DNA of 63,919 nt, the filler included, from Choristocarpus tenellus KU-1152 (Eukaryota > Protista > Phaeophyceae): NCBI GenBank assembly GCA_964200185.2. It is 10 parts of 10 records of this genome, joined end to end, with 100 filler letters (N's around TTAATTAATTAA, not from the genome) between each part and the next. Parts side by side here need not be neighbours in the genome. Positions count along the whole stretch, not along the records: positions 23,970 to 27,076 come from CAXNAD020022286.1; positions 27,177 to 52,911 come from CAXNAD020000178.1; 8 more parts are not named here. One strand, 5' to 3'. Below, piece after piece: positions 26,489 through 39,923 of the stretch (position 1 is its first letter; every line of letters begins with the position of its first letter). The position numbers were made by a program, and so were the translations under genes. The notes beneath the pieces were generated by a model. It ran no database searches. It saw only the letters and a program-made list of their open reading frames with translations, and was not told the origin of the DNA.

Positions 26489-27176
26489 ATATTTGAAGTG
26501 TTTGGCGTATATATATATATATATATATGCAGGCTATTTCAAGCAATGGGGTATGAGTGTAAGCATACAAGTATCACAGTATGCACAGCAAATGCTCCAT
26601 TGATTTCAAGAAGTACAGTAGATGGGTCTACATTTCTGTCAAGTAGGTAATATACTGTTCTTGTCCTTTGGGTTTGAAAGGTGGATTATTAACCCATCTA
26701 CAATAACCTCGCAACACCCTACATAAACCAAGTACGAAGGAAGTAAACACATTTCCGCCGGTTGGCAATTTATTTTGCAATGAGAATCCTCTAGAAACCT
26801 ATGAGAGCACAACATTGTGGGGAACCACCCTTGTAGCACACATAGACGTAGACTCCTCTTAGTGCAGGTGCACTGCACGGCATGCATCAAATATTGCACT
26901 ATGGAGTATGTCATAATCTGCAACACATCGAGTTTAGTTTAGAGACGTCTCATCTATTCACTAAACTCATTCTTACACATAGACGAAACAGATTCCAGTC
27001 CAACCATACGCATTAAGTGGAAACACCCCACAAAGGACTGGGGACAAGATATTCTGTAACGGGTCAAAGTATCTGGNNNNNNNNNNNNNNNNNNNNNNNN
27101 NNNNNNNNNNNNNNNNNNNNTTAATTAATTAANNNNNNNNNNNNNNNNNNNNNNNNNNNNNNNNNNNNNNNNNNNN

Positions 27177-27246
27177 GTCCTCTTGGTGGGGGTCCTCTAG
27201 GTGGGGGTCCTCTAGGAGGTGGGCCCCTAGGTGGTGGTGCGCTCAT
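27177..27246 (-). CDS. 5' end of a proline-rich protein (MSAPPPRGPPPRGPPPRGPPPRG...) running off the contig; divergent from the ALKBH8-like gene
   Basis: ATG at 27246, then four PPPRG units encoded with varying synonymous codons. Confidence 0.55.
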
Positions 27247-28013
27247 TGTGTGGCCACCGTCTTAGTATATGACCGAGGACTTTATTCTTGTTGATAGGTA
27301 CAGATCTTGGTATGCCAAGTTTTTCTGTCCGCAGAACCTATCGAAAAATAGTTGCTTGCCGTTCCTTCGTCTCTCAACTCTTGCTGCAGAGAAAATAGGA
27401 CTCAACGGGCATATGGGATGACTGTATAGGAGATCGGGCTGAGGTGTCTGTCCCTAGCGTGAACCGGAGCACTGTTTGATGCGTCGGACTGAAACATGTG
27501 GAGGTTCTGTGATTGTAGTGGTCAGGTCGTGAATCAGATACTGACGAGTTGGATAGAACCAGATGGGGCTGCACACTTGAGAGTTCTTGAGTCTTGAAAA
27601 AGAAAAGGTGGATGGGTCGAAGATGTACTTGCGAATACGACTCATATTTTTTGGAAGCAGATCCTGTTTGCAGTGCAGGGTCGTTCGCACCGAGTTTGTA
27701 GGGTGAAGGTGCAACATGTGTATCTACAGTCAAGGGTTTTCGATCACACACCTATGAGGCAATCCAAAGGGAAGGCGGTCAAACGCTCGACTGCTCCTTG
27801 GTAAAGCTATTTCTGTGAAGGACTCTATTTCCGATCACTTCCACTTCATGACTCGTGATTCGTAGTCTTTGCCGCCGAAAAGGAATTCGCGGTTTCAAAA
27901 GAAACTGTGAGATTCATGGAAGGCATGTATGTACGTGTGGATAGAAAACAATGTTGGAAATGAGAGTGCAGACAAGAGGACTTTGAGACGGCTGGTTGTT
28001 CACAAGTCGTCCC

Positions 28014-31000
28014 ATGGACAAAAAGGGTCTTGAACCTACGCTTGATCAGAGTGACAGAAAAAATTCCGATACCCTGTCATACCTAAGAATATATCCGACT
28101 GTGGTCCAGGTGGAACACCTGGAAACTGTGCTCCAATATTTAAAAACACTACTTGCGCATGCCCTAAGTGGAGAGGTGATCCAAAAACCTTACCAATGGT
28201 TCGAAGCAATGAAGTATGAAAAATTAAACCCGTACGATTTGATGAACTACTGTGACTCCTCTAATTTCCGACTCATATGCTGATGCTACGTGACCACAAT
28301 CTTCTCTATTGCACCTAGCAATGCCTCCTTGGAAAGACGCTGTTGGACCCGAAGAAGGACAGGAAGTGGGAGAGGGGAAAGACAAGAAGAGTTCTAAATT
28401 TTGGTGCACACCTCCAGGGGGGGCGAGCGGTAGGTATCGAGGTACGTGCTCCTGCCCTTTAGAAGCTTTCATTCCACGACAAAACAACGCTTGGGTTTGG
28501 TGTAGAAGTGGAAATGTAGATAGGACAGGAGGATTTGCTGAAGAGCCTCCACTCCAAGTAATCACGATCAACCGATTTTCCGCCACAACATTTCTTCAAT
28601 AGATGATTGCTACCAACTAACCATTTGCATCGTACGGTAGGTAGGCTTCACACGTCCAATTCCAGCAGACCCAAAACTTGTTAAACGTCAATGCAGGTCG
28701 AGCGGATCCCTGATACCTTGGCAACTCTCTCTTTACTCCTGGAGGAAGCGGGTTGTTTCCCACAGAATTATTTGACACCCGGTAAGTGCAACAGGGGGGT
28801 GGTAATCGCTGGTGCATGTTATTTTGTTTCAGGATGGACCTTTTTGAGAGTCCACTCTTCATGCCAGGGCAAGTTGTAGGGGGAAAGTTCCTTCTATTTG
28901 CGCCGTGGTTCAATGGATAAGGCCTTTATTATGGTAACGATCTGTTCATTTTCGGTTACTATTGTAAGCTGAAGACGGTGATTGTGTGAGTATGTTTCTT
29001 CTTCAAGGTGGTACAGTTGTACTGTGCGCTCTGAAATGAAATATGATGTGTGCCTCTATATAGTGACCTTGTACAACTACAGTGTTGCCATTGCACTCCG
29101 TGAAACTGTTAAATCGTCCTATCGTCCCATACAATTGTTAGCTCTATGGTAATTATGAGTCGTGTGATGTCTCTTGTATCCCATTAAGAGTTTGTGGACC
29201 TTCAAAATGTGTTTTTTTTTTATTTGCTGAGATGTTTGCATATTTGCATATTTGGCATTTTGAGGATATTTGGACACCTTTCATGGAACAAATGGTAAGC
29301 ATTTCTGCGGACACAAATTGGGTCTCAAATAAAACATGCTTTTATCATTGGAGGTTTAGGTTATGACACCGCCCAACACAAACTTAGGGTTAACACAAAC
29401 ATAAATTTTATGTCTAGAAATCACCCCTTGGGCTCTGATTTGTGCCTGAATATGCTCTAAAATGACAAATAGACTTGCATTTTCACAAAATAACTCTCGT
29501 GGAGTGGGAGTCAGAGTTTATCAAGTGGTGGCACATTTCCAAATGATTGGAGCACAGACCCTACACAGTACTTTAGAATATTGGGATATCTTTCCACCTG
29601 TGTGCAGCAGGAGAGACTCTAATGTTTATTTTTCTGTAAGAGTAACACATGGTCGGTACATGGATGTTGGCGATATCTTGACACTGGATCAACCAATCAT
29701 ATTTGACATTGGATCAACCAATCATGGGGCGACTTCTGGGTGAAAAACCACTCGTTGCACAAAAATGATAGTGAGAGTGATAGTGAGAGTGACAGTGATA
29801 GTGCGGTATCAGAACATCATGCCCCCATTACAATCAAGCCTTTTACTGATGCCTGAACTGTATCTCTGTTTGCCCTGCTTGCACTCTGCTGTTGCTCCCT
29901 TGTGGTACCCATCTTGTTTTCTGATCCTCAAGAGTCTGAAAAATCAGTCAAAGCTGTAACGGTGGACTTCTTCCAGCCAGGCAGTTTCAGTCCTGCCCTA
30001 ACCCTTCCCTTTCCTCCTCAACTAAGACAAGAACAACAACCAAAAGACCACAACGATGGGTGCTCTGGAGTGTCCGTAACATTGAGGGTGTCAACTGAAG
30101 GAGGCGTTTTGCCTGCTGATTGTGTAATGAGGAGTCAAGCAAGTAGCCAAGGAGGTGTTCCAGTGGGAAGTGGAGTTATTCAATGCACCCAATGCGCCCC
30201 TGGTCCAGGGGGAAGTACAGCTGGAGAGGGAGGGGATAGGGGTTGGGGTGGAGAAAGAAGGCAGAAGCTAGACACACCCAACACACCCGACACGGAATCA
30301 GTTGCCTGCTTTTTATGGCTTCAGGTGTGTACAGTATCTACCATAGTATGTGTACAGTATCTCAACAGTATGTGTACAGTATCTAATATAGTATGTGTAT
30401 AGTATCTCAACAGTATGTGTACAGTATCTAACATAGTTACCCATCTTTTTGGGGGGGTTAACGAGTTCAGATTACGTCAAAGACCAGGTCATAGTACATC
30501 AAAGACCAGGTTGTCCGGTTTTACTACCAGTACCAGTACCAGTACCAATACCAGTATCAGTATCAGTATCAGTATCAGTATCAGTATCAGTATCAGTATC
30601 AGTATCAGTACCAGTACCAGTACCAGTACCAGTATCAGTATCAGTATCAGTACCAGTATCAGTATCAGTATCAGTACCAGTACCAGTACCTGTTCTTTGT
30701 CGAAGTAGAGGTGTTTCAGCTTTGTATGCCTAACTTTGAGGAGTATGAAAGTGATGTCTTTTTGGTTGTATAGTTATTGCTGTTTTAGTCTATTGGACAC
30801 CTCTTTCATATTCTGTCCTGTCAGGGAGATGCAGAGGTGATTGTTGAAACAACCAATGCTATTTCCACCAGCGGGAGTAACCAAGGAGTGGAAACAACCA
30901 AGGTTACACCAAGTGAAGGGGAAGGACTTGAGGGAGTATTCCAGGGTTTGGAAAGGCTAGTAGTGCCAGCAGGAGCAGTTATGGTGTGGGACAGCAGTGC

Positions 31001-34000
31001 CAATCCAGGTGAAGGGTTAGGGTTAGGGTTAGGGTTGACTTTGATTTCTCCTCTCAATCAATGTCATCTGCTCTTGACTGTGTTGATTGATTTTATTGGC
31101 ACAACACCATACCTGAGGTTCCTATGTGCATTAACATGCTTGATTGGCTACTTAATTAATAATTAATAACAGGTGTGCTAACACCTGACCATGTCTCCCT
31201 TGATCGTGTTTGTGCAATAATACCTTCTTGACAGAGGTATTCCAGTTCTGTAAGAAAAATCGTGTTTGTAGATAGATAGTAAGGTGTCACCCAGTATGAT
31301 GGGAATTGATACCTACGGACATCAATCAACATCAATCAACATCAATCACAGCATTCTGACAACAAGTTGCCTTGACTCAAACATTCAGATGTCGATTCAG
31401 AAGTTGATATTTTTGAGTTTTTTTTTAGATGTTCTAAAGTGTGCCATAAGGCTGTTAGTTGCATGCATCCCATCAAGTAGAAGACACAGATGGCTTTTAG
31501 TTATAGTGTATGAGGAAGGACTATTTGACTCCTGCAGTTACTACTTCATCTCCAGGCGAGCAGATGCTGGTGGCTAATGTTACTTTTATTTCTTTGGTTT
31601 TTAGGGTTAGGGTTGGCCTGGATTTAGGCTTGGTACACTGTCATATAGCCAGTGTATGTAAAGAAGTATCTTAAGAAGTGTGACCAAACTTTCACCTCTC
31701 GACTACTATTTTTGTTTATTATGTGTTTATTGGATTGTTATGTATGCCCCTGCGCTAACCCCACCACCTTTGTTGTTACTGTTTTTTTAGGGTTGGGGTT
31801 GGGAATAACAGTGAATAACAATGTTACAACATACCTGTCTCCATGATAAAAATGACTTCCTGTGATGGCTGTTGACCCGTGTAACTTGAATCTCCTTGAA
31901 TCTCCTTGAATCTCCATTATTAAATTTGTCAGTTACGGTTATTTTTTCTTTTTTGCTGAGATCATTATTTTTATTATTTTTATTTTTCCAACAAGAATTC
32001 ACTTGTTGTATCAATAGGTGGAATCTACCGATACATGCTACTTTAAAAAAGTAAAAAACAAGTCATAAGGTACATACATCCCTCTTGAGATGTTGAAGGA
32101 GTCACTGATACCTTTGACACCAACGATGTACAGGAATTTTATTACTCTTGTCATTGTAATAATAAATAATAACAATAACAACAATAATCATTTTGTGTAT
32201 TTGTGTGGAGGGTGCAAACAATGAGGTTCTCCCCTTGAACCATAGCACCTGTAGGACTTTTGTTTCTGTACTTTGATCCAAGTAACTGTACAGTAACTGT
32301 AGTTCATGACTTTTGTTTCAAGTACTCACAAATCATGCCTTGAAGGAACCTACCTGTGTTGCTGATGCCATCACTGGTTTATATGTACAGTTATGTCTAA
32401 AGGTACTAACTGGTACAGTACATGTTACAATAATTGCACACTAGTGATGTTGTGAGAACACAGTGTTAGGGTTAGGGTTAGGAGTAGTGTCTTTTCTGCC
32501 GCAGAGCATTGTTATATCTTGTTAACACACACACTGTTCTATAGCGCTGTAAGAATCCCTTCCTTACTTTTGGGAAAAGTTGCATGCGCAAGAAAGATGT
32601 TATCTCCGTGTTCACTTCAACCAAGGCCAGTCCACGCTTTGCATGTACTGTTGCATGTACTGTTCTATCCATACAATGTTTGCGTCAGGGCTGCAGGTGG
32701 CTGTCCCTAGGTCAAATGAGGACAGAGTTCTCCTAACCTTTCAATGCCTGACACCTAGGGCAAGTCATAGGGTCACATCCAATGCCAGGGAGAGGGCAGA
32801 AGCCAGACAAGCAGCAACCCTGAAGAAGAAGGCCCAGGCACTAGCAAAGGAGACCAAGAACAAGGTGAGGGAGTTCAAATGCACAACTACAAGTTCAAGT
32901 CTATTTTTATTTGGTGATGTGGTAGGGTGTGTACCCCTTTTGGTGTACCCCTTTTGAGGAGAGCACACTGGTGAGAAATTGGATGTGTGCAACAAGTATT
33001 GAAGGTAGAGAGTAGTGAATTGATAGAGATTCATGTGTTTTGGTAGGTGCTCTGCAGCATTATTATCAAGGTACGTGGACCTATGTATTTATATTTGAGT
33101 ATTTATATTTGAGAAGGATGTTCAAGTCAATACATGCCATTGGTAATATCTGGACTTGGTCTTTTGGAGAGTAATTCCTGTGCTGTTGTGTTTTGAATGT
33201 GATATTTTGTGTTGACTAACCCTAACCCTAACCCTAACCTTTGCGGTTCAATTGTGTTCAAGGTACTGCATCTAGTCTACAATACCTAACACTAAAGTAA
33301 ACTAATCTTCAATACCTACACTAGAGCAATTAAAGTTTATTCCTTTGTGTGTTGGAAGTGTTCTGCGGCGACACATTAGGGTTAGGGTTACCACATTAGC
33401 AGTCAAGTCAGTGAAGTTGTCTTTTTCAAATTTCAAATTGTGCAGTCAACACACTGACTACTTTTCATTAGGGTTAGGGTTAGTTGTTCTTTTCTTGAAT
33501 TTCAACAAACGACCGCTTCTATTGCACTATTAATACCCTAACCCTATCCCTTTTTTTTTGCCCCATCTATCCTATTGATTTTGAAGGGTCCCATCCCTGG
33601 GATACCAGTTGAAGAAAAGTGGCCAGGTTTTGGGTTGTGTTCTGAGGGGGTGAATGGAGGGGATGGCTTTGGTTCTGGTATAGATGTGGATGGCGAGTGT
33701 GGAAGCACGCCTGCCATTGAGAGGGAGCATGTACAAGCAGTCTATGACACCATAGCTACACACTGGTGAATACAAATGATAATAAATAAAATAATAATAC
33801 TCCTCTCCTCTCTCCCCAAACAGACATTTTATTATTATTTTAGTACTATTATTTTAGTACTATTATTTTGTTCTATTGTTTTGAGTGAGAGGCAGTTGTG
33901 AACTGGACATTTGTGTGTATGTGTATTTTTTTATGTTTGACTCTTAGCGTCCTTTTTGGTGCTGTATTAGCTGTAGGGTTAGGGTTAGTATTAGTAGTCA

Positions 34001-37000
34001 TGATGGTTTTTTCTCTCATGGTGTATTTATGTATTTTATTTATATATCTATATCTGTGCAACAATTTTGAATATCATAGATAAAGATAAAGAAGACTGGC
34101 AGTGTAGCCAGTGACCACAAGAAGGGTTAGAGTTAGGGTTGTGGCTGCGGCAAGCGAGTCTCATGTTTTGATTGACGGAATAGAGTCCCGTCTCTTGATG
34201 GTTTATGTTAACTCTTTGATAGCGTATTTAACCTTTCTTCACCTCACCCTTAGCCTCCCTGTGCAATAGGCTTTGAGTTTGAAACTTTGAGGTACAATAT
34301 AAAAAAAATTGTGTTGCGACCACTAGGTCTTACATTCTTTTCTTTTTATTTGTTATGTTATGTTATGTTATGTTATGTCTGTTGTGAGTCCAATCAATCA
34401 CTTGATATGGATGAAAAAGCTGTTGAAACAGATGCTGAACCGAGTATTGCTTATTTTTTTGTTTATATTGGGGGTTGGCTAGGGTTAGGGTTTCAGAGCT
34501 AAGCCCTACATCATGGAAGAAGTCTCATCAGAGAGAGGAGAGAGTAAGAAGGAGTGATAGAGAGAGAAAGTGATATAGAGTATATTTGCTTTGGTATATT
34601 TTGAGGGTATGTTTATGTAGCATTGGAAGACAACCCTATTCACATGAGGTGCAAATTTGACCAAGTCTTTGACAATGGATATTTAGTGTTCACAAGAAGG
34701 TCCTTGACAATTGTGTTCAAATGGTGTATCAGGCTTCCCATTGACACCATTCCTCCTCTTAGATCATCAATCTAAATCATAATAGATAATTGATATAATT
34801 GCAGATGACAAAGCGGACAAGGGTTAGGGTTAGGGTTAGGGTTAGTCATTAGAAGTCTTGCAGTGATCAAGTTTCTGCAGTGCATTTACCTCACAACTAT
34901 GCAGTCATCAACCGATGCTTAGGGTAAGGGTAAGGGTTAGGGTTAATGGTAGGTGATAGGTGATGGTAAGACTATCGAGCTTAGGGTTAGGGCTAGGCTT
35001 AGGGCATTGTCCCTTCTCTGACTTGAACAAAATGGTTCAGGAGTAGTAGTGCTCTAAGATGATTTCAGAAACAAAATAAAGAGGCATTATTAGCTCAAAA
35101 AGAAGTTGCTGTCATCCCTAACACTGGCTGACCTGTTGGAGCAGTTAGTACACTTAGGGTTAGGGTTATTACATAGATTGTCATTGGTTAGGGTTAGGGT
35201 TATTACATAGATTGTCATTGGGTACATTACGGTTTGTATACCAATCAATGACTTTTGAGTGTGTCTTTGAATGAATATCACCATCACCCGTGGGTCTTAC
35301 ATATTATTATCATTAGGGTTAGGGTTACATACAATTGTTATCATTATTGAGTTGAAACTTTCTGGTAGGATTTGTAAAAGGTTGTTATCATTACCCTAAT
35401 CCTAACACTAACCTTTGTAGCGCTATGATTCACACCTTTGAAGGTTCAGGATAGTTATGAGTGTAATTGAAAGGAACGTCAGCAGAGTGGTGATATGTTG
35501 ATGCTGATTATGGTTGGTGGGTTAGAAGGCGTTATTATCAACATATCATAGAAGGCCTTTACTGTGTACTTTAAAGAGGCGTTATTATCATTTACTGTAT
35601 ACTAATAACCCTAACCCAATATGGACTCTTTTGTCATGTTACTCTCCCTAACCCTTGTTTTGTTCCCTCCGTGACCCCCCATGACATGTGAGACATCTTA
35701 TGTGTTCATGTTTAGACGTGTAACAGAACAATAATGATGATAGGAAGTAACAGAAAAATACTACTACTATTAATTGTAGTTGTCTATGTGGCTGACTTGT
35801 GCTGGTCCTGCCATTTTCATCTTAGATTCTCCATACGTGCCTCTGTCTGTGTGTGTTTGTAAATGGACATGAAGACCAAGAACCCCCCCCCCCCCTCCCC
35901 CCCCCCCCACCCCACCTACTACTCTTATTTTTTCTTAATATGTTTAGCGGAGAACATTAGCCCCCCCCCCCCCCCCCCCATGTAGCTATTAGTAACTCTT
36001 AGTAACTCTTGAAGTATTATTGTAACCCTAACCCTGTTGATGTGTTGGTTCGTTTGAATATTTAAAAAAATTGAAGTGTGGAATACTGCAGTGTGATTGT
36101 GGGGCTTTGAATGCTTGTCATTAAGGTTAGGGTTAGGGTTTGGTTGTCCAATAGTTGTTGTGTCTTGCACTGTCCTGTTGTGTCTGTTGTGTCACATGCT
36201 ACTAATAGGATTATGATTTCAAATGTGTCCAAAAAGGGATACATACCAATCTTGGAGACTTGTATATATACCCTAACATTCTTGACCAATAGCAATAATT
36301 TCATGCATGCACATTGTACGGCAATAAGTCCATTAGGGTTAGGGTTAGGGTTAATACATTAGTTAGTACATTAAGGATAGGGTTAATACATTAGTTAGTA
36401 CATTAAGGATAGGGTTGATACATTAGTTAGTATATATATGTGTGTGTGTGTGTGCCTGTATGCCAGTACACCAACAAGTGCCGTCAAGGACCATACCATC
36501 GCCTGTTTTACTGTGAGATTGCTAAAATATTGTTATTTTTTCTGATGAATTATAGGAGTCACACCCGTTACAAGCCATGGCCAAAGGTGGAAGCATTTCT
36601 GTCTTCATTGCCTTATCCAGCCCTTGTGGCTGATACAGGATGTGGCAATGGTGAGTGTTGATACCTGTAGAGTCATTGCATCACCCTTCCTACTCCATGT
36701 GTGAGGCCCCATTAAAAGGGCCCTATTGGTCGAAATGATAGTTGTTACTTTTGTTCAATATTTGAGGGGGGTTTTGATCTTTCTATGTGAGACATTAAAA
36801 GTATTGAACTGGATTGTGTGTGTATCTGTGGGAGAACTTTGAGTTTGCCTTTGATAGTAGGGTTGTTGAGTTGCTGTTATTAATACATTGTCGGATATGT
36901 CTCTGTCACAGTATTGATAGTGATAATAGGGTTAGGGTTGAATTGCTTGTTGTTGCTAACCCTAACCCTAACCCTATGTGAGAAATGTTGATACTATTTT

Positions 37001-39923
37001 TGTCAGAGTGGCATGCATGGACTGAGTTAGCTGTTTTGTTTCAGTGAATAAATCCATGCAGTATGTGACAGTGAATCATGCCTGGTGTTGAACAGTGTTT
37101 AGAGTGATGTCATATACATGGTGTCTGAAATGGAGCTTGGTGTTTGCTCTCTTGCACTGTAGAGGTATTAATACTGTAGCTATTTCTTATTGGTGGTATT
37201 AATGAGGTAAGAGGTGAAGTGGGTATTACTATGACATTGTATTGTACCAAGGGACCACCAAAGCAATGTTGGTATTAATTGTAGCTCCTGAATTTCTTGT
37301 GGAGTGATGGTTTATTATTTTTTCATATTTTTATTTTTATGCTGAGCAATGATCAATTTTTACATTTCAGATGGGATCTTTTTCAGGTACAGGTAGAACA
37401 ATTGTCCAGGAGGCATGCAATTGAAACAAGTAGTGCACCTTTACATTGGATATTTTTGAGCTGCCAACGTGGCACCACATGTTCAACCTCATGTACCTCA
37501 CCTCATGCACCTCATGCACCTGAAAAAGCCTTTTACTCTCCCCTTTGTTGATGAAATTTGTTCATGTTTTGTTAATGTAAACATTGTTCAAATTGCAAAT
37601 AGTCCAAAATTCAGCTCAACATATGCTATTGGCAGCAGTACTCCATAGTGGAGAAATCCTTATGTATGTTCTCATCCTATTCATACTTGTATTGTGTAGT
37701 AAGCATTGATACTGATGGTTACAATGACATAGCATTCATAGAGTATTAATAGAGTATTAGGGTTAGGGTTAGGGTTACAATAGACACGCTGAAATGTCGT
37801 GTCTATTGAGATAACATGTTAGACCTATCTCTTTGCCTTCAGTAGTTGAATCCTTTTTCATGCTTTTGTCAATGAATTCTACCTACACACCTCACCCCAT
37901 TCCACTGCTGAATACCTAATAGGAAAATACCTGGGGTGTGGTGGTGGAGGGAGGCTCTTGATTGGGAGTGACAGCAGTGTACCCTTACTAAGTACCTCAA
38001 TTGAAAGGCTCCCTCAGGCAAGGCCACTATGACATTTATCTTGAGCATGGAATGACAATGACTAACCCTAACCCTAACTGGGAGAACGAGGTGGGGCAGC
38101 GGTAGGAACATTTGCCAAGAGATCATTAGCAGGCATATCACACTTAGTATTTTCATCTTTGGTTAGGGTTAGGGTTTTATCAGACTGGAGCATTCTGAAG
38201 TACCATACCACTTCAATGAGATTTTTGTCAGCTATTACTGCTATACCATTTCTTAGTAGAGAGTAGAAAACAATATGCATGTACTTAATGTCAGGATTAA
38301 AAAGATACTAAAATTATATTAGGGTTAGGGCTAGTGATAATAGTGCGATAGTTTGCAAGAGTTTGCTCTGTACTCAAATCGGGAGAGTTCTTTCTACACT
38401 AGTACTCACAGTTGTTGAGTGGACATTAGGGTTAGGGTTAGGGTCGAGTACAATGAACCCCAATTTTTTAGAGGCTATTAATACTGCTTCTCAGCAGTGT
38501 ACTGTAGTTGACTGTACTGAGAACCACATAGTACTGTAGTTGACAGAATAGTTCCACCCTTGTTATGGTCAAACCCTGTCAGAATAATTATCTCATGCCC
38601 TAGCCTGGTGCTATTTGTTACTCTGTCTTTCTTGTCTGCTGACCAAAGTCATACAAAGTCATGTCATTGTGCCTTAAATTTTGTTTGTTTGTCACTGCAG
38701 GCAGAGGTTTGTGCCGCTGACTGCATGAATCTTCCGTATAGATCAGGGATTTTTGATGCTGCTCTGAGTATTGCTGTGTTACATCACTTCTCAACTGAGG
38801 TATGTACTACATCCCTCATGTGTGAACAACCTATAGTGTAGTATGGAAGTTGTTCTAGCCCTAACCCTTATCCCAAGAGAAGATACCCCATCAATAACCC
38901 TAACCCTATATTAGTACAGTCACCAGATTTGTTAGTAGTCCGATCGTTCATCTCACTCGACCTTTCCATTCCTCTCAAGTGAGGACACGTTAGGGTTAGG
39001 GTTTGTTACAGAAGTGTTAAGAGTGCAGTCAATGCTCCGCCTTCAAGCAGGCACCACAGTCTTAGCACTTTAAATCTTGAACAGGCACGCCGTGTGAGAG
39101 CTATTCGTGAACTGGCAAGAGTTTTGCGGCCAGGTGGGCAGGTATTAATTTATGCATGGGCAATGGAACAGGACAGGGACTCACGAAGGTGACCTATTTG
39201 ATATTGATTGATGCTGATTTTGTTGCACACATGAATCTAATCTATGTCATCTATGTTTCATGACCAAGCATCTCTTGGTTGCTTTGTGGTGTTGGTGTTC
39301 GTTTTCTCTTGGAAGGGGATCTTTGAGTTTGTGAAGTTGAGATTTTTCATAATTATGACCACTATGTACACGTGATACTACTTGAAGTTTTCCTACCCTG
39401 TCCAGTATTGGTATCTCCTTTCACTCACACTTTTCTCTGTACCTTGGGTTGTGTTGCCTGTCTCAGGAGCTTCTCCCACCAGGATGTCCTCGTTCCATGG
39501 CACCTTGGGGATCAACACACCTCAGCTAGCAATGTGAAAAGAGTAGCCAACAAGGAAGAAATGTCTGAACCTTCTCAAGGTCAGGAAAAACATGGTGCAA
39601 ATGTCAACATTGGACATGCTAGGAGTGAACAAAGTGCTACTGTGTCAAATGAGGAAGTAAGCAGCACATCTCATCAAGAACAGCAAACAAAGCAAGGTGG
39701 TACTGACTGCTCCTTCCCTCCACCAACACATGGAGTACGGGTTGAAGGTCCAGGATCAAATGGCAAAGGCGGCAGTGTGGTGTACCAACGTTACTGTCAT
39801 GTCTACAGGGAGGGCGAGTTGGAGAAGTTAGTGCAAAAGAACTGCACAGATCTTCATGTGCTGAAGAGTTACTATGATCGGTCTAATTGGTGTGTTCTAG
39901 CAGAGAAGGAGGCTTCTTCTTGA
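28014..39923 (+). CDS. ALKBH8: ALKBH8/TRM9-like tRNA wobble-uridine methyltransferase with a degenerate N-terminal AlkB-like domain; 12 exons, ~712 aa: 28014-28175, 28319-28429, 28697-28781, 29933-30324, 30825-31008, 32689-32864, 33587-33765, 36556-36650, 37923-38017, 38701-38799, 39085-39188, 39467-39923
   Basis: All 11 introns are phase-consistent. Trm9 motifs: EREHVQAVYDTIATHWSHTRYKPWP, VADTGCGNGKY, LPYRSGIFDAALSIAVLHHFST, RVLRPGGQVLIYAWAMEQ, QDVLVPW, YQRYCHVYREGEL, YYDRSNWC. AlkB-like motifs: RRVLNFG, VTVDFFQPG, RVLLTF. The 5' exons are less certain than the methyltransferase exons. Confidence 0.88.
30526..30690. repeat. (AGTATC/AGTACC)n hexamer microsatellite, intronic
   Basis: Direct reading. 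It is preceded by a decayed TATGTGTACAGTATC repeat at ~30327-30435. Confidence 0.95.

Noticed and set aside
30415-30733. ORFs with SISISI/VSVSVS tracts; also DYDYDF (49105-49629 5' part) and LGLGL/VRVRV/NPNPN/LTLTL peptides elsewhere
   Set aside because: These are translations of intronic hexamer microsatellites and telomeric arrays, not proteins.
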